A stretch of DNA of 64,000 nucleotides from Stutzerimonas stutzeri (GCA_024451105.1 JANGEY010000010.1:13006-77005), one strand, 5' to 3'; numbered from the stretch's first letter, positions 1 through 9,581 are shown. Notes: generated by a model not told the origin, from the sequence alone. Program-made: numbers and translations.

Positions 1-571
1 TGTGCGCCAGCTTGGTCGAGCAGAAGCTGAACAGCCAGTCGCCGTCGCTGAGCAGCGCATTGAACACGCCAAGGCCACGGTACTCGGCGCAGGCCGCGAC
101 CAGCACCGGCAGCAGCCGCTGCACCGCCACCGGCTCGGGAAAGGCGTCGCGCACGCGGTTGAGCAGGTCGCAGAAGGCCGCCTCGCTGTCGGTATCGCCG
201 ACCGGGCGATAGAAGCCCGGCGACGGCGCGAAGCCGGCCAGTTGGCCGTTGTGGGCGAAACACCAGTTGCGCCCCCACAGCTCGCGCACGAAGGGGTGGG
301 TATTGGCCAGGCCGACCCGGCCGACATTGGCCTGGCGGATATGGCCGATCACCACCTCGCTCTTGATCGGATAGCGCTGCACCAGACGCGCCACCTCCGA
401 CTCGCTGCTCGCCTGCGGATCCTGGAACAGACGCAGGCCGCGCCCCTCGTAGAAGGCGATGCCCCAGCCGTCGCGGTGCGGCCCGGTGCGCCCGCCGCGC
501 TGCATCAGCCCGGTGAAGCTGAACACGATGTCGGTCGGCACGTTGGCGCTCATGCCCAGCAGTTCGCACAT
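1..571 (-). CDS. class II (Ntn) glutamine amidotransferase, YafJ-like; 3' end truncated by window edge
   Basis: Reverse-strand translation from ATG (571..569) gives MCELLGMSANVPTDIVFSFTGLMQRGGRTGPHRDGWGIAFYEG..., with the N-terminal Cys nucleophile and Ntn-hydrolase layout typical of YafJ-type GATase. No stop before position 1. Confidence 0.75.
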   Translation of the reverse strand, partial: MCELLGMSANVPTDIVFSFTGLMQRGGRTGPHRDGWGIAFYEGRGLRLFQDPQASSESEVARLVQRYPIKSEVVIGHIRQANVGRVGLANTHPFVRELWGRNWCFAHNGQLAGFAPSPGFYRPVGDTDSEAAFCDLLNRVRDAFPEPVAVQRLLPVLVAACAEYRGLGVFNALLSDGDWLFSFCSTKLAH

Positions 572-593
572 CCTCGATCCTCCCTGGCGATTA

Positions 594-1022
594 CTACGGC
601 TGCGGCTCGCGACGTCCGTCAGCCTGCCGCGCGAGCACCTCGGCCAGCGTCGGCTCGCGCGGCGCCTCGGCCTGAGCCCTGGCGGCCCTTCTGCGACGCG
701 CGAGCGGCCAGCGCACGGCGGCGAACAGGAAGTACAGAGCGAAGGCCGCCATGCCGACGGTGGCCAGGTCGGTGACCGCACGCCAGACGTTGCTGCCGGT
801 CTTGAACAGCAGATCGAGCGCGGTGATGGCAATGGCCGGAGCGTAGAGATCGCGCGCAGGATCGACCAGGGTCGGGGTGAACAGCAGCACCGCCATGAAC
901 ACCCGCAACGGCTCGCGCAGGGCGCGCCACATCCAGCCGGTGATGCAGAAGCCGACCGCCAGAGCCGACAGTGCGGCAATCCCGTATACGGCCCAGGCGA
1001 GAAGATAGTCTTGTTCGGTCAT
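594..1022 (-). CDS. hypothetical small integral membrane protein (about 4 TM helices)
   Basis: 142-aa ORF with hydrophobic segments and an Arg-rich C-terminal tail. It lies 22 nt upstream of the GATase gene on the same strand, so the two are probably co-transcribed. Confidence 0.5.
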   Translation of the reverse strand: MTEQDYLLAWAVYGIAALSALAVGFCITGWMWRALREPLRVFMAVLLFTPTLVDPARDLYAPAIAITALDLLFKTGSNVWRAVTDLATVGMAAFALYFLFAAVRWPLARRRRAARAQAEAPREPTLAEVLARQADGRREPQP

Positions 1023-1106
1023 CGGTGCATGGCTGCGGCGGAATCAGGCCGCTTATCATAGCGGCTTTTCCCCGGAGCCGCGCGCCAGACGCAGCTGGAG
1101 TAGCCG

Positions 1107-3152
1107 ATGTCCACCACCCCACCCATCGCTCGCCGCCAGGCCGGTGCCGATCCCTACGCCTGGCTGGAGCAGCGCGACGACGCCGAAGTGCTCGCCCACC
1201 TGCACGCCGAGAACGCCTGGCTGGAGGAACAGCTGGCCGACACCGCCGAGCTGCGCGAACAGCTGTTCGAGGAGATCCGCGGCCGCATCCGCGAGACCGA
1301 CCTGTCGCTGCCCACCCCCTGGGGGCCCTGGCTGTACTACCAGCGCACCACGGCCGGCGAGGAGTACCCGCGCCACTACCGCTGTCCGCGCCCGGCCGAC
1401 GGCTCGCTGGCCGTCGACGCAAGCCGCGAGGAGCTGCTGCTCGACCCCAACGCGCTGGCCGAGGGCGGCTACCTGTCCATCGGCGCCTTCAGCATCAGCC
1501 CCGACCACAGCCGCCTGGCCTACAGTCTGGACACCCAGGGCGACGAGATCTACCAGCTGTTCGTCAAGGAGCTGGCCAGCGGCGAAGTGACCGCCCTGCC
1601 CTTCGAGGACTGCGACGGCAGCCTGACCTGGGCCAACGACAGCTGCACGCTGTTCTTCGGCGAGCTGGACGACACCCACCGCCCGCACAAGCTGTACCGT
1701 CACCGCCTGGGCGAGGACGGCGCCGAGCTGGTGTTCGAGGAGTGCGACGGGCGCTTCTTCCTCGGCTGCCACCGCACCAGCTCCGAGCGCCAGCTGATCC
1801 TGCTGCTGGCCAGCAAGACCACCAGCGAAGCCTGGGTGCTGGACGCCGAACAGCCCGAAGGCGAATTCCAGTGCCTCGCCCCGCGCGAGGAAGGCCACGA
1901 ATACTATCCCGACCACGGCCAGGTCGACGGCCAGTGGTGCTGGGTGATCCGCAGCAACCAGAGCGGCATCAACTTCGCCCTGTACCGCGCCGAGGAAAGC
2001 GCACCAAGCCGCGCGCACTGGCAGGAGCTGGTCCCCCACCGTCCCGCGCTGATGCTCGAGGAGGTCAGCCTGAACGCCGGCGCCCTCACCCTCGGCCTGC
2101 GCGACAACGGCCTGCCGGTGATCGAGGTGCTGCCACGCGACGCCGCGCCCTACCGAGTGCAGTTGCCGGACGCCGCCTACAGCCTGCACGTCTACGACCA
2201 TCTGGAATTCGACAGCCCGGTGATCCGCCTGCGCTACGAGGCGCTCAACCGCCCGGCGCAGATCCGCCAGCTGGAACTGGCCAGCGGCGCGCAGACGGTG
2301 CTCAAGCAGACCCCGGTGGAGGGCCCGTTCGACGCCGACGCCTACGAGAGCCGGCGCCTCTGGGCCAGCGCGCCCGACGGTACCCGGGTGCCGATCAGCC
2401 TGGTCGGTCGCCGCGAGGTGCTCGAGGGCCGGCTCCCCGCGCCGCTGTACCTGTACGGCTACGGCGCCTACGGCGAGAGCCTCGACCCCTGGTTCTCCCA
2501 CGCGCGACTGTCCCTGCTCGAGCGCGGTTTCCTGTTCGCCATCGCCCACGTGCGTGGCGGCGGCGAGCTGGGCGAGGCCTGGTACCTGGCCGGCAAGCTG
2601 GCGCACAAGCAGAACACCTTCGACGACTTCATCGCCTGCGCCGAGACGCTGATCGCCGGCGGCTACACCACGCCGGGACAGCTGGCGATCAGCGGCGGCA
2701 GCGCCGGCGGCCTGCTGATCGGCGCAGTGCTCAACCAGCGGCCGGAGTTGTTCGCCGCGGCCATCGCCGAGGTGCCGTTCGTCGACATCCTCAACACCAT
2801 GCAGAACCCCGAGCTGCCGCTGACGGTGACCGAGTACGACGAGTGGGGCGATCCGAACGAACCCGAGGTGCATGCGCGGATCGCCGCCTACGCGCCCTAC
2901 GAGAACGTCAGAGCCCAGGCCTACCCGGCGATCCTCGCGGTGGCCGGCTACCACGACAGCCGAGTGCAGTACTGGGAGGCGGCCAAGTGGGTGGCCAGGC
3001 TGCGCGAACGCAAGACCGACGCCAATCCGCTGCTGCTCAAGACCGAGTTCGACGCCGGCCACGGCGGCATGAGCGGCCGCTATCAGGCGCTCAGGGACGC
3101 CGCGCTGGAGTACGCTTTCCTGCTCAAGGTACTGGACCTGCCGCGGACATGA
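1107..3152 (+). CDS. ptrB: oligopeptidase B (protease II), S9A prolyl oligopeptidase family
   Basis: 681-aa protein with an N-terminal beta-propeller region and a C-terminal alpha/beta hydrolase. Catalytic-Ser motif GGSAGGLL is present, and GGAG lies 8 nt upstream of the ATG. Confidence 0.9.
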   Translation: MSTTPPIARRQAGADPYAWLEQRDDAEVLAHLHAENAWLEEQLADTAELREQLFEEIRGRIRETDLSLPTPWGPWLYYQRTTAGEEYPRHYRCPRPADGSLAVDASREELLLDPNALAEGGYLSIGAFSISPDHSRLAYSLDTQGDEIYQLFVKELASGEVTALPFEDCDGSLTWANDSCTLFFGELDDTHRPHKLYRHRLGEDGAELVFEECDGRFFLGCHRTSSERQLILLLASKTTSEAWVLDAEQPEGEFQCLAPREEGHEYYPDHGQVDGQWCWVIRSNQSGINFALYRAEESAPSRAHWQELVPHRPALMLEEVSLNAGALTLGLRDNGLPVIEVLPRDAAPYRVQLPDAAYSLHVYDHLEFDSPVIRLRYEALNRPAQIRQLELASGAQTVLKQTPVEGPFDADAYESRRLWASAPDGTRVPISLVGRREVLEGRLPAPLYLYGYGAYGESLDPWFSHARLSLLERGFLFAIAHVRGGGELGEAWYLAGKLAHKQNTFDDFIACAETLIAGGYTTPGQLAISGGSAGGLLIGAVLNQRPELFAAAIAEVPFVDILNTMQNPELPLTVTEYDEWGDPNEPEVHARIAAYAPYENVRAQAYPAILAVAGYHDSRVQYWEAAKWVARLRERKTDANPLLLKTEFDAGHGGMSGRYQALRDAALEYAFLLKVLDLPRT

Positions 3153-3195
3153 AGAAGGGGCGCCCGCAGGCGCCCTTCTTGCGTACGGCCGTCGA

Positions 3196-4599
3196 TCAGG
3201 ACAGCTCGCGCGCCATCGCCCGCGCGCTGTGCTGCACGCCGTAGCGACGGCGCGAGTAGGCGTAGAGCAGCAGGCCGATGGCCATCCAGGCGACGAACAG
3301 CGCCCACTCCACCGGCACCAGCGCCGACGGGCTGAACGGCAGGTACATGGCCACCATGGCCAGGCTCAGCAGCACCGCCGCGACGCCGACCGGCATCCCC
3401 GAACGCACCTTGAACGGGCGCGGCATGTCCGGCTCGCGCAGGCGCAGCACCACGAACGACAGGGCGACGAACAGGTAGGCGATGACGATGGCCAGGCTGC
3501 CGGCGTCGACGAACCACACCAGCGCCTTGCGCCCCAGCAGCGGCGCGGCGGTGCTGAGCATGCCGATCAGCAGGATGGCGTTGGTCGGCGTCCTGTAGCG
3601 CGGGTGCAGCTTGCCCAGGAAGGCCGGCAGCATGCCGGCGTGGGCCAGCGCGTAGATCGCCCGGCTGCCGCCGATGTAGAAGGCGTTCCAGCTGGTGACG
3701 ATGCCGGCCAACCCCGCCATGATCATCAGCTTGGCCGCCCAGGGCGCGCCGTAGATGGCCTGCATGGCCTGCGGCACGCTCAGCACCTCGGCACTGATGG
3801 CGCCGGACGGGATCGCCAGGCCGACGCCGAAGATGATCAGCGAGTAGAAGGCCACGGCCATCACCACCGAGAAGATCAGCATCTTGCCGATCTCGCGCGG
3901 CGGCAGATCGACCTCCTCGGCCGCCTGCGGGATCACGTCGAAGCCGACGAACATGAACGGCACCATCATCAGCACGGTGAGCACGCCGGCGCTGCCGCCG
4001 ACCAGCAGCGGGTCCATGTTGCCGGTCTCGCCCTCGAACAGCGCGCCGGTGATGAACATCACGCCGACGGCGAGGATCAGCACGGTCACCACCTTCTGGA
4101 TCAGCGAGGCGGTCTGCACGCCGAAGTAGTTGACCGCGGTCATGGCGATCGAACCAAGCATGCCGACCGCCACCCAGGAGGCCATCACGTCCCAGCCGGC
4201 CACCGTCCACAGGTAGCCGACCTGGTAGCCCGGGATCAGGTTGTCGAGCACGGTGGGCAGCGCCACCGCCTCGAAGGCCACCACCGAGACGTAGCCCAGC
4301 ACGATGGCCCAGGTGCAGACGAAGGAGGCGAAGTGGCCGAGCGCGCGATAGCTGTAGACGTGCTCGCCGCCCGACTGCGGCATGGCGGCGGCCAGCTCGG
4401 CGTAGGTCAGGCCGATCAGCACGATGGCCACGCCGCCGAGCAGGAAAGCGAGGATCGAGCCGAGGCTGCCGGCCGACTGGATCCAGCCGCCGGTCAGGAC
4501 GATCCAGCCCCAGCCGATCATCGCTCCGAACGACAGGGCCAGGACTTCCTTGCGCCCGAGCACGCGGGCAAAGCTGGTTTGAGTGGATGAGACGCTCAT
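3196..4599 (-). CDS. APC-superfamily amino-acid/polyamine permease
   Basis: 467-aa polytopic membrane protein with 12 predicted TM segments and APC-family signature regions. Confidence 0.85.
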   Translation of the reverse strand: MSVSSTQTSFARVLGRKEVLALSFGAMIGWGWIVLTGGWIQSAGSLGSILAFLLGGVAIVLIGLTYAELAAAMPQSGGEHVYSYRALGHFASFVCTWAIVLGYVSVVAFEAVALPTVLDNLIPGYQVGYLWTVAGWDVMASWVAVGMLGSIAMTAVNYFGVQTASLIQKVVTVLILAVGVMFITGALFEGETGNMDPLLVGGSAGVLTVLMMVPFMFVGFDVIPQAAEEVDLPPREIGKMLIFSVVMAVAFYSLIIFGVGLAIPSGAISAEVLSVPQAMQAIYGAPWAAKLMIMAGLAGIVTSWNAFYIGGSRAIYALAHAGMLPAFLGKLHPRYRTPTNAILLIGMLSTAAPLLGRKALVWFVDAGSLAIVIAYLFVALSFVVLRLREPDMPRPFKVRSGMPVGVAAVLLSLAMVAMYLPFSPSALVPVEWALFVAWMAIGLLLYAYSRRRYGVQHSARAMARELS

Positions 4600-4900
4600 T
4601 GTTTTCTGCTACCTCTGCGGTTGGCGTTGCATTATTCGAACGTCAAATTAAATGCACGAAGCGTTCCATATCCCGCACAAGCCTGTAAAAAAGAACCTCC
4701 ACCCGGTCTGTCCCGCGCAGACCGGACGCGGAGCGGCACAAATCGGGGAAAAACCGACGGAAAAGCGTGCCCTGCAGCGTACCGGGTTGTTACCGGCAGT
4801 GACATGGGCGTGCAGAATGACTACACGCCGCGCACGAAATCTCGCACACAGGAAGCACTAGCCGCCGAATTTCGTTCGATTAAATGCACGATTGCCGTGC

Positions 4901-4937
4901 AGAAAAAGAAAAAGGCTCCATGCCGGGGCATGGAGCC
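4901..4937 (-). terminator. rho-independent terminator after the metallopeptidase-like gene
   Basis: Perfect 11-bp stem GGCTCCATGCC/GGCATGGAGCC (4914-4937) with a 2-nt loop, followed on the minus strand by a U-rich tract (reverse complement of AGAAAAAGAAAAA at 4901-4913). It lies 29 nt after the stop codon at 4966. Confidence 0.65.
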
Positions 4938-4965
4938 TGTTCGAGATCCGCAACGCGGCGCGCGC

Positions 4966-6189
4966 TCAGCGCAGCAGACGGGTATCCAGCACCTTCGACG
5001 GTCCGCCCAGCACGTTCTCGCTGATCTGCACGAAGTCCCGGGTACTGACCTTCTTCAGGCGCATCAGGCCGCGGGTTACGTCGTCCAGCGAGCGCCGATT
5101 GCCGCTGGCCTTGCGGATCTCGGCGTCCAGATCCTGCAGCAGCAACACCGCGCGCGCCGTCACCGGACCGCTGGCCCGCTCGCCGCGCAGCGTGGTGACC
5201 TTGCGGCTCCAGCGGGTCAGCTGCTCGCGGATCTTCTGGTAGCGATCCTCGCTAAGCCCTCCGGCGCGACGCATCAGCTCGATGGCGTAGTACTCGGCGA
5301 TGCCCTCGGTGATCCAGTCGCTGCGGTCGGTGTCGCTGATCCGGCTGAACACGTGAACCAGCTCGTGGACCAGCGAGCTGGTACCATTCTCGCTGACCAG
5401 CGGGCGATCGCGGTGCATGTACAGCGAATTGGGCGCCGACAGACCGCCGCGCCACATCGGATCGCCGGCGCCGACGATCAGCAGCTTGCCCGGCTCGCGC
5501 GGGAATACCGCCTGGGCGTGCGGCCAGACGAAGGTCAGCAGGGTGAGGATGTCCATGCGCCGCACGCCCTCGCCGACCGGGGCGGCGACGGTCACTTCGG
5601 TCTTGCCCAGGGTGGCACGCCGGGTACCGAGCTTGCCGGCGATGATCCAGCCGGTTGGCCGGTCGAACAGCCGCTCGGGGTTGTCGATCCGGAAGCGATG
5701 CTTGCCGATCCGCGGCCAGCCGGTTTCCACCGCCGTCCAGCCTTCGGGCAGCTCGAACTGCAGACGACTGACCAGCTCGACGCCCGTCTCGAGGGCGACC
5801 TTCGCCGCTGGCACCAGATCGTCGCCGCGCAGCAGCGCCCAATCGGGGGTCATGCGCGCATCGAAGCGACCGTTGTCGCGCTGGTGGCTGACCTTCACTC
5901 GGTAGCTGAGCTGCGCCTTGCCCGCCTGCGGTCGCCAGACGCCCCGCCCCGGAGCAGTCTGCTCCCACTCGCCCTCGGCGAGGAAATCGCTGTACTGGCC
6001 CTCCGCGCCGAGCCCGAAGTCGAGATAGCGCAACGCCTCGCCACGCGCCAGGGTCAGGACGACCTCGGCCTGGTCGCTGTCGGGCAGGAAGCGCACCCGG
6101 TAATCGAGGTCGACCCGCTGCGTGGCCAGCAGCGGTGCGGACAATCCCAGCAGCAAGGCGGCCAGCGGCAGCCTGAAACGTTGAAACAT
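4966..6189 (-). CDS. secreted/lipoprotein HExxH zincin-like metallopeptidase-domain protein, function unknown
   Basis: Start chosen at internal Met (MFQRFRLPLAALLLGLSAPLLA is a signal peptide) with SD AGAGGAGAA upstream. HELVH zinc-binding motif at SLVHELVHVF. The longer ORF-track start at 6249 lacks an RBS. Confidence 0.6.
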   Translation of the reverse strand: MFQRFRLPLAALLLGLSAPLLATQRVDLDYRVRFLPDSDQAEVVLTLARGEALRYLDFGLGAEGQYSDFLAEGEWEQTAPGRGVWRPQAGKAQLSYRVKVSHQRDNGRFDARMTPDWALLRGDDLVPAAKVALETGVELVSRLQFELPEGWTAVETGWPRIGKHRFRIDNPERLFDRPTGWIIAGKLGTRRATLGKTEVTVAAPVGEGVRRMDILTLLTFVWPHAQAVFPREPGKLLIVGAGDPMWRGGLSAPNSLYMHRDRPLVSENGTSSLVHELVHVFSRISDTDRSDWITEGIAEYYAIELMRRAGGLSEDRYQKIREQLTRWSRKVTTLRGERASGPVTARAVLLLQDLDAEIRKASGNRRSLDDVTRGLMRLKKVSTRDFVQISENVLGGPSKVLDTRLLR

Positions 6190-6238
6190 GGCAGGTTCTC
6201 CTCTGCTGCGGGGTTGGATCGGCGGCCGGCCGACAGGT

Positions 6239-6688
6239 TCAGCCGGCACGAAAAATCAGATGCTCCTCCCAGTCGGCATCGGCGACGCTGGTCTCGCTGA
6301 GCATGCGCCCGGCCTGGGAGATGCGCGCCTCGTGCACGGCCCGACGGTCGCCGCAGACCAGATGGTGCCAGGGCAGCAGGTCCTTGCCCTCGGCGACGAG
6401 ACGATAGGCGCAGGTCGGCGGCAGCCAGCGGAACTGGTCGGCCTGCTCGGGCGTGAGCCGGATGCAGTCGGGCACGAAGCGCTGGCGCTCGGCATAGTTG
6501 CTGCAAAGACAGCTGTCGAGGTCGAGCAGCTTGCAGGCGATGCGCGTGTAGTAGACGCTGCCGTCGTCCTCGTCCTCGAGCTTCTGCAGGCAGCACAGGC
6601 CGCAGCCGTCGCACAGCGACTCCCATTCGTCGCGGTCGAGCTGGGCGAGGGGCTTGCGTTTCCAGAAGGGTTCGGTCTTGGCAGCCAT
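6239..6688 (-). CDS. ycgN: YcgN/UPF0260 family Cys-rich protein
   Basis: [36 protein letters not shown]... carries the conserved CxxCGxCC block of UPF0260. Start at ATG 6688; the upstream in-frame extension is an ORF-finder artefact. Confidence 0.8.
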   Translation of the reverse strand: MAAKTEPFWKRKPLAQLDRDEWESLCDGCGLCCLQKLEDEDDGSVYYTRIACKLLDLDSCLCSNYAERQRFVPDCIRLTPEQADQFRWLPPTCAYRLVAEGKDLLPWHHLVCGDRRAVHEARISQAGRMLSETSVADADWEEHLIFRAG

Positions 6689-6773
6689 GACGGGACTCCG
6701 TGCGAGGGGGCGGCAGTCTAGCCGCAGGCCGGGCGGCGGCCAAGCGCCGCCGCGACCGGCGGAAGGGTGGCAC

Positions 6774-7067
6774 TCAGACCGGATCGTTGCGGCGCAGCAG
6801 CTCCTCGGGCAGGTGTTCGATGTACTCCTCCTCCGGCGGCGGCATCTGCAGGTGGAAACCCTGCGTCTCGATGTTCTCCAGCACCTTGGCCACGTCCTCG
6901 CGGGCCAGCTTGCGCTCGGGAGTGAGCAGCAGGTCGAAGACATGCTGCGGGGCGCCGAACACGTTGAGCAGTGCCTCGGGCACGCGACTCAGCGCCTCGC
7001 GCTTGTCGACGTACAGGTACATCTCGCGCTTGCGCGGACTCTTGTAGATGGAGCAGATACGTTTCAT
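6774..7067 (-). CDS. ycgL: YcgL-domain protein
   Basis: 97-aa [38 protein letters not shown]... matches the YcgL family. It sits just downstream of rnd, as in enterobacterial ycgL-rnd neighbourhoods. Confidence 0.8.
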   Translation of the reverse strand: MKRICSIYKSPRKREMYLYVDKREALSRVPEALLNVFGAPQHVFDLLLTPERKLAREDVAKVLENIETQGFHLQMPPPEEEYIEHLPEELLRRNDPV

Positions 7068-7069
7068 CG

Positions 7070-8194
7070 TCAGTCTCGGGACAGGGTGTCGAGCAGCGCC
7101 TGGCCCATCAGGGCACGACGCCAGCCACGCAGGGAATCGGGCAGAAAATAGGGGCCGGAGGGATAACCGGTCTTGAGCAGGGCCTCGAGCACCTTCTTGC
7201 GCAGCATCAGTTCGGGAACGATCTGCAGGCGCTCGGCCTCGCGCTGACCGACCGCGCGCAGCTTCTTGAGCAGCGGCGAGACCTCCAGCGGCAGCGGCTC
7301 GGGCAACTGCCCAGGCCACTGCTCGGGCGGCAGCGCGGCAGCCTCGGCGATCAGGCGCAGGAGCGTCTCGCCGTCCTGGCGCACGGTGCGCGGGTGCATG
7401 TCCTCGATGCGCGCCAGGGCCACCGCATCGCGCGGCTGGGTGCGCGCCAGCGGCCACAGCGAGCGCTCGCGCAGGATGCGGTTGCGCGGCTGGTCACGCA
7501 GGCGCGCCTGCTCCTCGCGCCAGGCGCACAGCGCGCGCAGCACGGCCAGCTGCTGGCCGTTCAGGCGCCAGGCCAGCTTGACCTCGCGCCAGGCTTCGGT
7601 GGGATCCTGCACCTCGCGCTGGGCGGCGACCAGCTCGGCGCCGTCCTCCAGCAGCCAGGCGCGCTTCTCCTCGCTCAGGCGCGCCTCCAGCTCGCGATAG
7701 AGTTCCCAGAGATGCTGCACGTCCTCGGCGGCGTAGCGCACCTGCATGTCGCTGAGCGGCCGCTGCAGCCAGTCGGAACGGGTCTCGTCCTTGGGCAGCT
7801 CGAGGTCGAGCAGTTCCCTGACCAGCCGCGAGTAGCCCATGGAAAAGCCGATGTTCAGGTAACCGGCGGCCAGCTGGGTGTCGAACAGCGGCTGCGGCAG
7901 GCTGCCGGTCAGACGCTGGAACACCTCGAGATCCTCGCTGCAGGAGTGCAGCACCTTGACCACCGACGGCTCCTCCAGCAGCGCGGCGAACGGCTGCCAG
8001 TCCGCGATGCGCAGCGGATCGATCAGCCAGGCCGTCTCGCCGTCGCCCACCTGGACCAGCGCAGCGATCGGATAGAAGGTGTCGACCCGCATGAATTCGG
8101 TATCCAGGGTGACGAACGGCCGCATGCGCCACTCACGGCAGCGCGCGGCGAGGGTCGCATCATCCTGGATCCAGCGGATATCGATAGCGGGCAC
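7070..8194 (-). CDS. rnd: ribonuclease D
   Basis: 374-aa protein with a DEDDy 3'-5' exonuclease domain (FVTLDTEF...[11 protein letters not shown]) plus HRDC domains. GTG start at 8194 is preceded by AGGAGAG. Confidence 0.85.
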   Translation of the reverse strand: MPAIDIRWIQDDATLAARCREWRMRPFVTLDTEFMRVDTFYPIAALVQVGDGETAWLIDPLRIADWQPFAALLEEPSVVKVLHSCSEDLEVFQRLTGSLPQPLFDTQLAAGYLNIGFSMGYSRLVRELLDLELPKDETRSDWLQRPLSDMQVRYAAEDVQHLWELYRELEARLSEEKRAWLLEDGAELVAAQREVQDPTEAWREVKLAWRLNGQQLAVLRALCAWREEQARLRDQPRNRILRERSLWPLARTQPRDAVALARIEDMHPRTVRQDGETLLRLIAEAAALPPEQWPGQLPEPLPLEVSPLLKKLRAVGQREAERLQIVPELMLRKKVLEALLKTGYPSGPYFLPDSLRGWRRALMGQALLDTLSRD

Positions 8195-8332
8195 GGGGCT
8201 CTCCTGAGAAAAAGCGCAGTATACCGCGCAGCGTGGCGAATCGTCCGGACTCCCCTGCGCGCCAGCCGCGGCGCGCGGTAAGCTGTACCGATCGGCGGGC
8301 ACACCCGGCCCGCCCCGCAAAGGAGCCACCGG

Positions 8333-9187
8333 ATGTCGCTCGCCCACCTGATCACCGCCGAGGAGCTGGCCCTGCGCCTGGGCCAGTCGAACCTGAGGAT
8401 TCTCGACTGCCGCTTCGCCCTCGAAGACCCCGGCTACGGCCGGCGCGTCCACTCCGCCGGGCACCTTCCCGGCGCCTGCTTCGCCGACCTCGAGGCCGAC
8501 CTGTCCGCCCCGATGGTTGCCGGGCGCAGCGGTCGCCATCCGCTGCCCGACGCGCAGCGTCTGTGCCAGCGCCTGCGCCAGTGGGGGGTGGACGACGACA
8601 GCGAGATCGTCCTCTACGACGACGGCCCGGGCGCCTTCGCCGCGCGCGCCTGGTGGCTGCTGCTGTGGCTCGGCAAGCGCGAGGGGGTGTATCTGCTGGA
8701 CGGCGGGCTGAACGCCTGGCGTGCCGCCGGACTGCCGCTGGAGAACGGTGCGCCCCTGCCGACGCCCGGGAACTTCGCCGGGCAGCCGGATGATGGCCTG
8801 GTGATCGAGAGTTCGGAACTGCTGCACCAGTTGGCCGATCCGGCACTCATCCTGATCGACGCCCGCGGATTACCGCGCTTCCGCGGCGAGGTCGAGCCCA
8901 TCGACCCGGTGGCCGGACACATCCCCGGCGCCCAGTGCGCCCCCTTCATCGACAACCTCGACGACCGGGAGCGTTTCCTGCCCGCAGAGGCGCTGCGCCA
9001 GCGCTTCTCCAGCCTGATCGGCTCGAGATCGCCGCAGCGGCTGGTCGCCTACTGCGGCTCGGGAGTCACCGCCTGCCACAACCTGTTCGCCCTGTGTCGG
9101 GCCGGCTATCCGCTGGGCCGTCTGTATGCCGGCTCGTGGAGCGAATGGATCACCGACCCGAGCCGACCGGTGATTCGCGACTGCTAA
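8333..9187 (+). CDS. sseA: 3-mercaptopyruvate/thiosulfate sulfurtransferase (tandem rhodanese)
   Basis: 284 aa with two rhodanese domains. Active-site Cys lies in CGSGVTACHN. SD AAGGAG is upstream of the ATG. Confidence 0.85.
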   Translation: MSLAHLITAEELALRLGQSNLRILDCRFALEDPGYGRRVHSAGHLPGACFADLEADLSAPMVAGRSGRHPLPDAQRLCQRLRQWGVDDDSEIVLYDDGPGAFAARAWWLLLWLGKREGVYLLDGGLNAWRAAGLPLENGAPLPTPGNFAGQPDDGLVIESSELLHQLADPALILIDARGLPRFRGEVEPIDPVAGHIPGAQCAPFIDNLDDRERFLPAEALRQRFSSLIGSRSPQRLVAYCGSGVTACHNLFALCRAGYPLGRLYAGSWSEWITDPSRPVIRDC

Positions 9188-9217
9188 TGGCGTCGGTGCG
9201 CCGCAAAAAACGCAGAC

Positions 9218-9250
9218 AAAAAAAAGGGCGGGGTATGACCCCGCCACTCT
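9218..9250. terminator. bidirectional rho-independent terminator shared by sseA (+) and the RsmZ-like sRNA (-)
   Basis: 7-bp GC stem GGCGGGG/CCCCGCC (9227-9245) with loop TATGA. A8 run at 9218-9225 gives U8 on the minus strand; CTCTTTGTT follows on the plus strand. Confidence 0.7.
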
Positions 9251-9336
9251 TTGTTCCCTCTCACCGTCCTGATGGATCGCCTCCGGCGATGTCCCTACCG
9301 GCCTCCGTGCCGGCTGCGTCACTCCCTGTGCGCAAG
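9218..9336 (-). ncRNA. rsmZ: RsmZ-family small RNA (CsrA/RsmA-sequestering, GacA-dependent)
   Basis: The minus-strand transcript carries at least 6 GGA motifs (CAGGGAG, CACGGAGG, UAGGGACA, CCGGAGGCG, CAGGACGG, GAGGGAACA) and ends in a strong terminator. The core GGGACAUCGCCGGAGGCGAUCCAUCAGGACGGUGA closely resembles Pseudomonas RsmZ as I recall it. Location downstream of rpoS matches Pseudomonas. A TAATAT -10 box lies at 9346..9341 and a GacA UAS upstream. Confidence 0.8.
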
Positions 9337-9340
9337 AGTG

Positions 9341-9346
9341 ATATTA
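9341..9346 (-). promoter_or_regulatory. -10 element (TAATAT) of the rsmZ promoter
   Basis: Minus-strand TAATAT lies about 7 nt upstream of the inferred transcription start of the GGA-rich sRNA. Confidence 0.55.
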
Positions 9347-9506
9347 GCGTCGCCCGGCGCGCCTGCAAGCGCCCCATCCGCCCGTGCAACGCCGGCAGGA
9401 GCTCCTGCCGACAGAAAATAATCCTTACAAAACAACAAGTTGAAAAAACCACTCGAAGAACATGCAAATCGGCCGGCAGGTTTTCCAGCCACCGTCCTAC
9501 ACGGCT

Positions 9507-9524
9507 CGTAAGTCATGGCTTACA
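9507..9524. promoter_or_regulatory. GacA-box upstream activating sequence (TGTAAG-N6-CTTACA type palindrome)
   Basis: CGTAAGTCATGGCTTACA matches the consensus of GacA-dependent sRNA promoters. It lies about 165-180 bp upstream of the inferred rsmZ start, as reported for rsmZ. Confidence 0.7.
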
Positions 9525-9581
9525 CGCACTTGCGAGAATCGAGCGGAACCTGACGAACGCTGCCGGAACCCCAACAACGCG

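Noticed and set aside
8258-8277. Palindrome CGCGCC-agccgc-GGCGCG in the rnd/sseA divergent region, as a regulator site.
   Set aside because: Short, GC-only and unremarkable for 66% GC DNA. No repeat copy elsewhere in the window.
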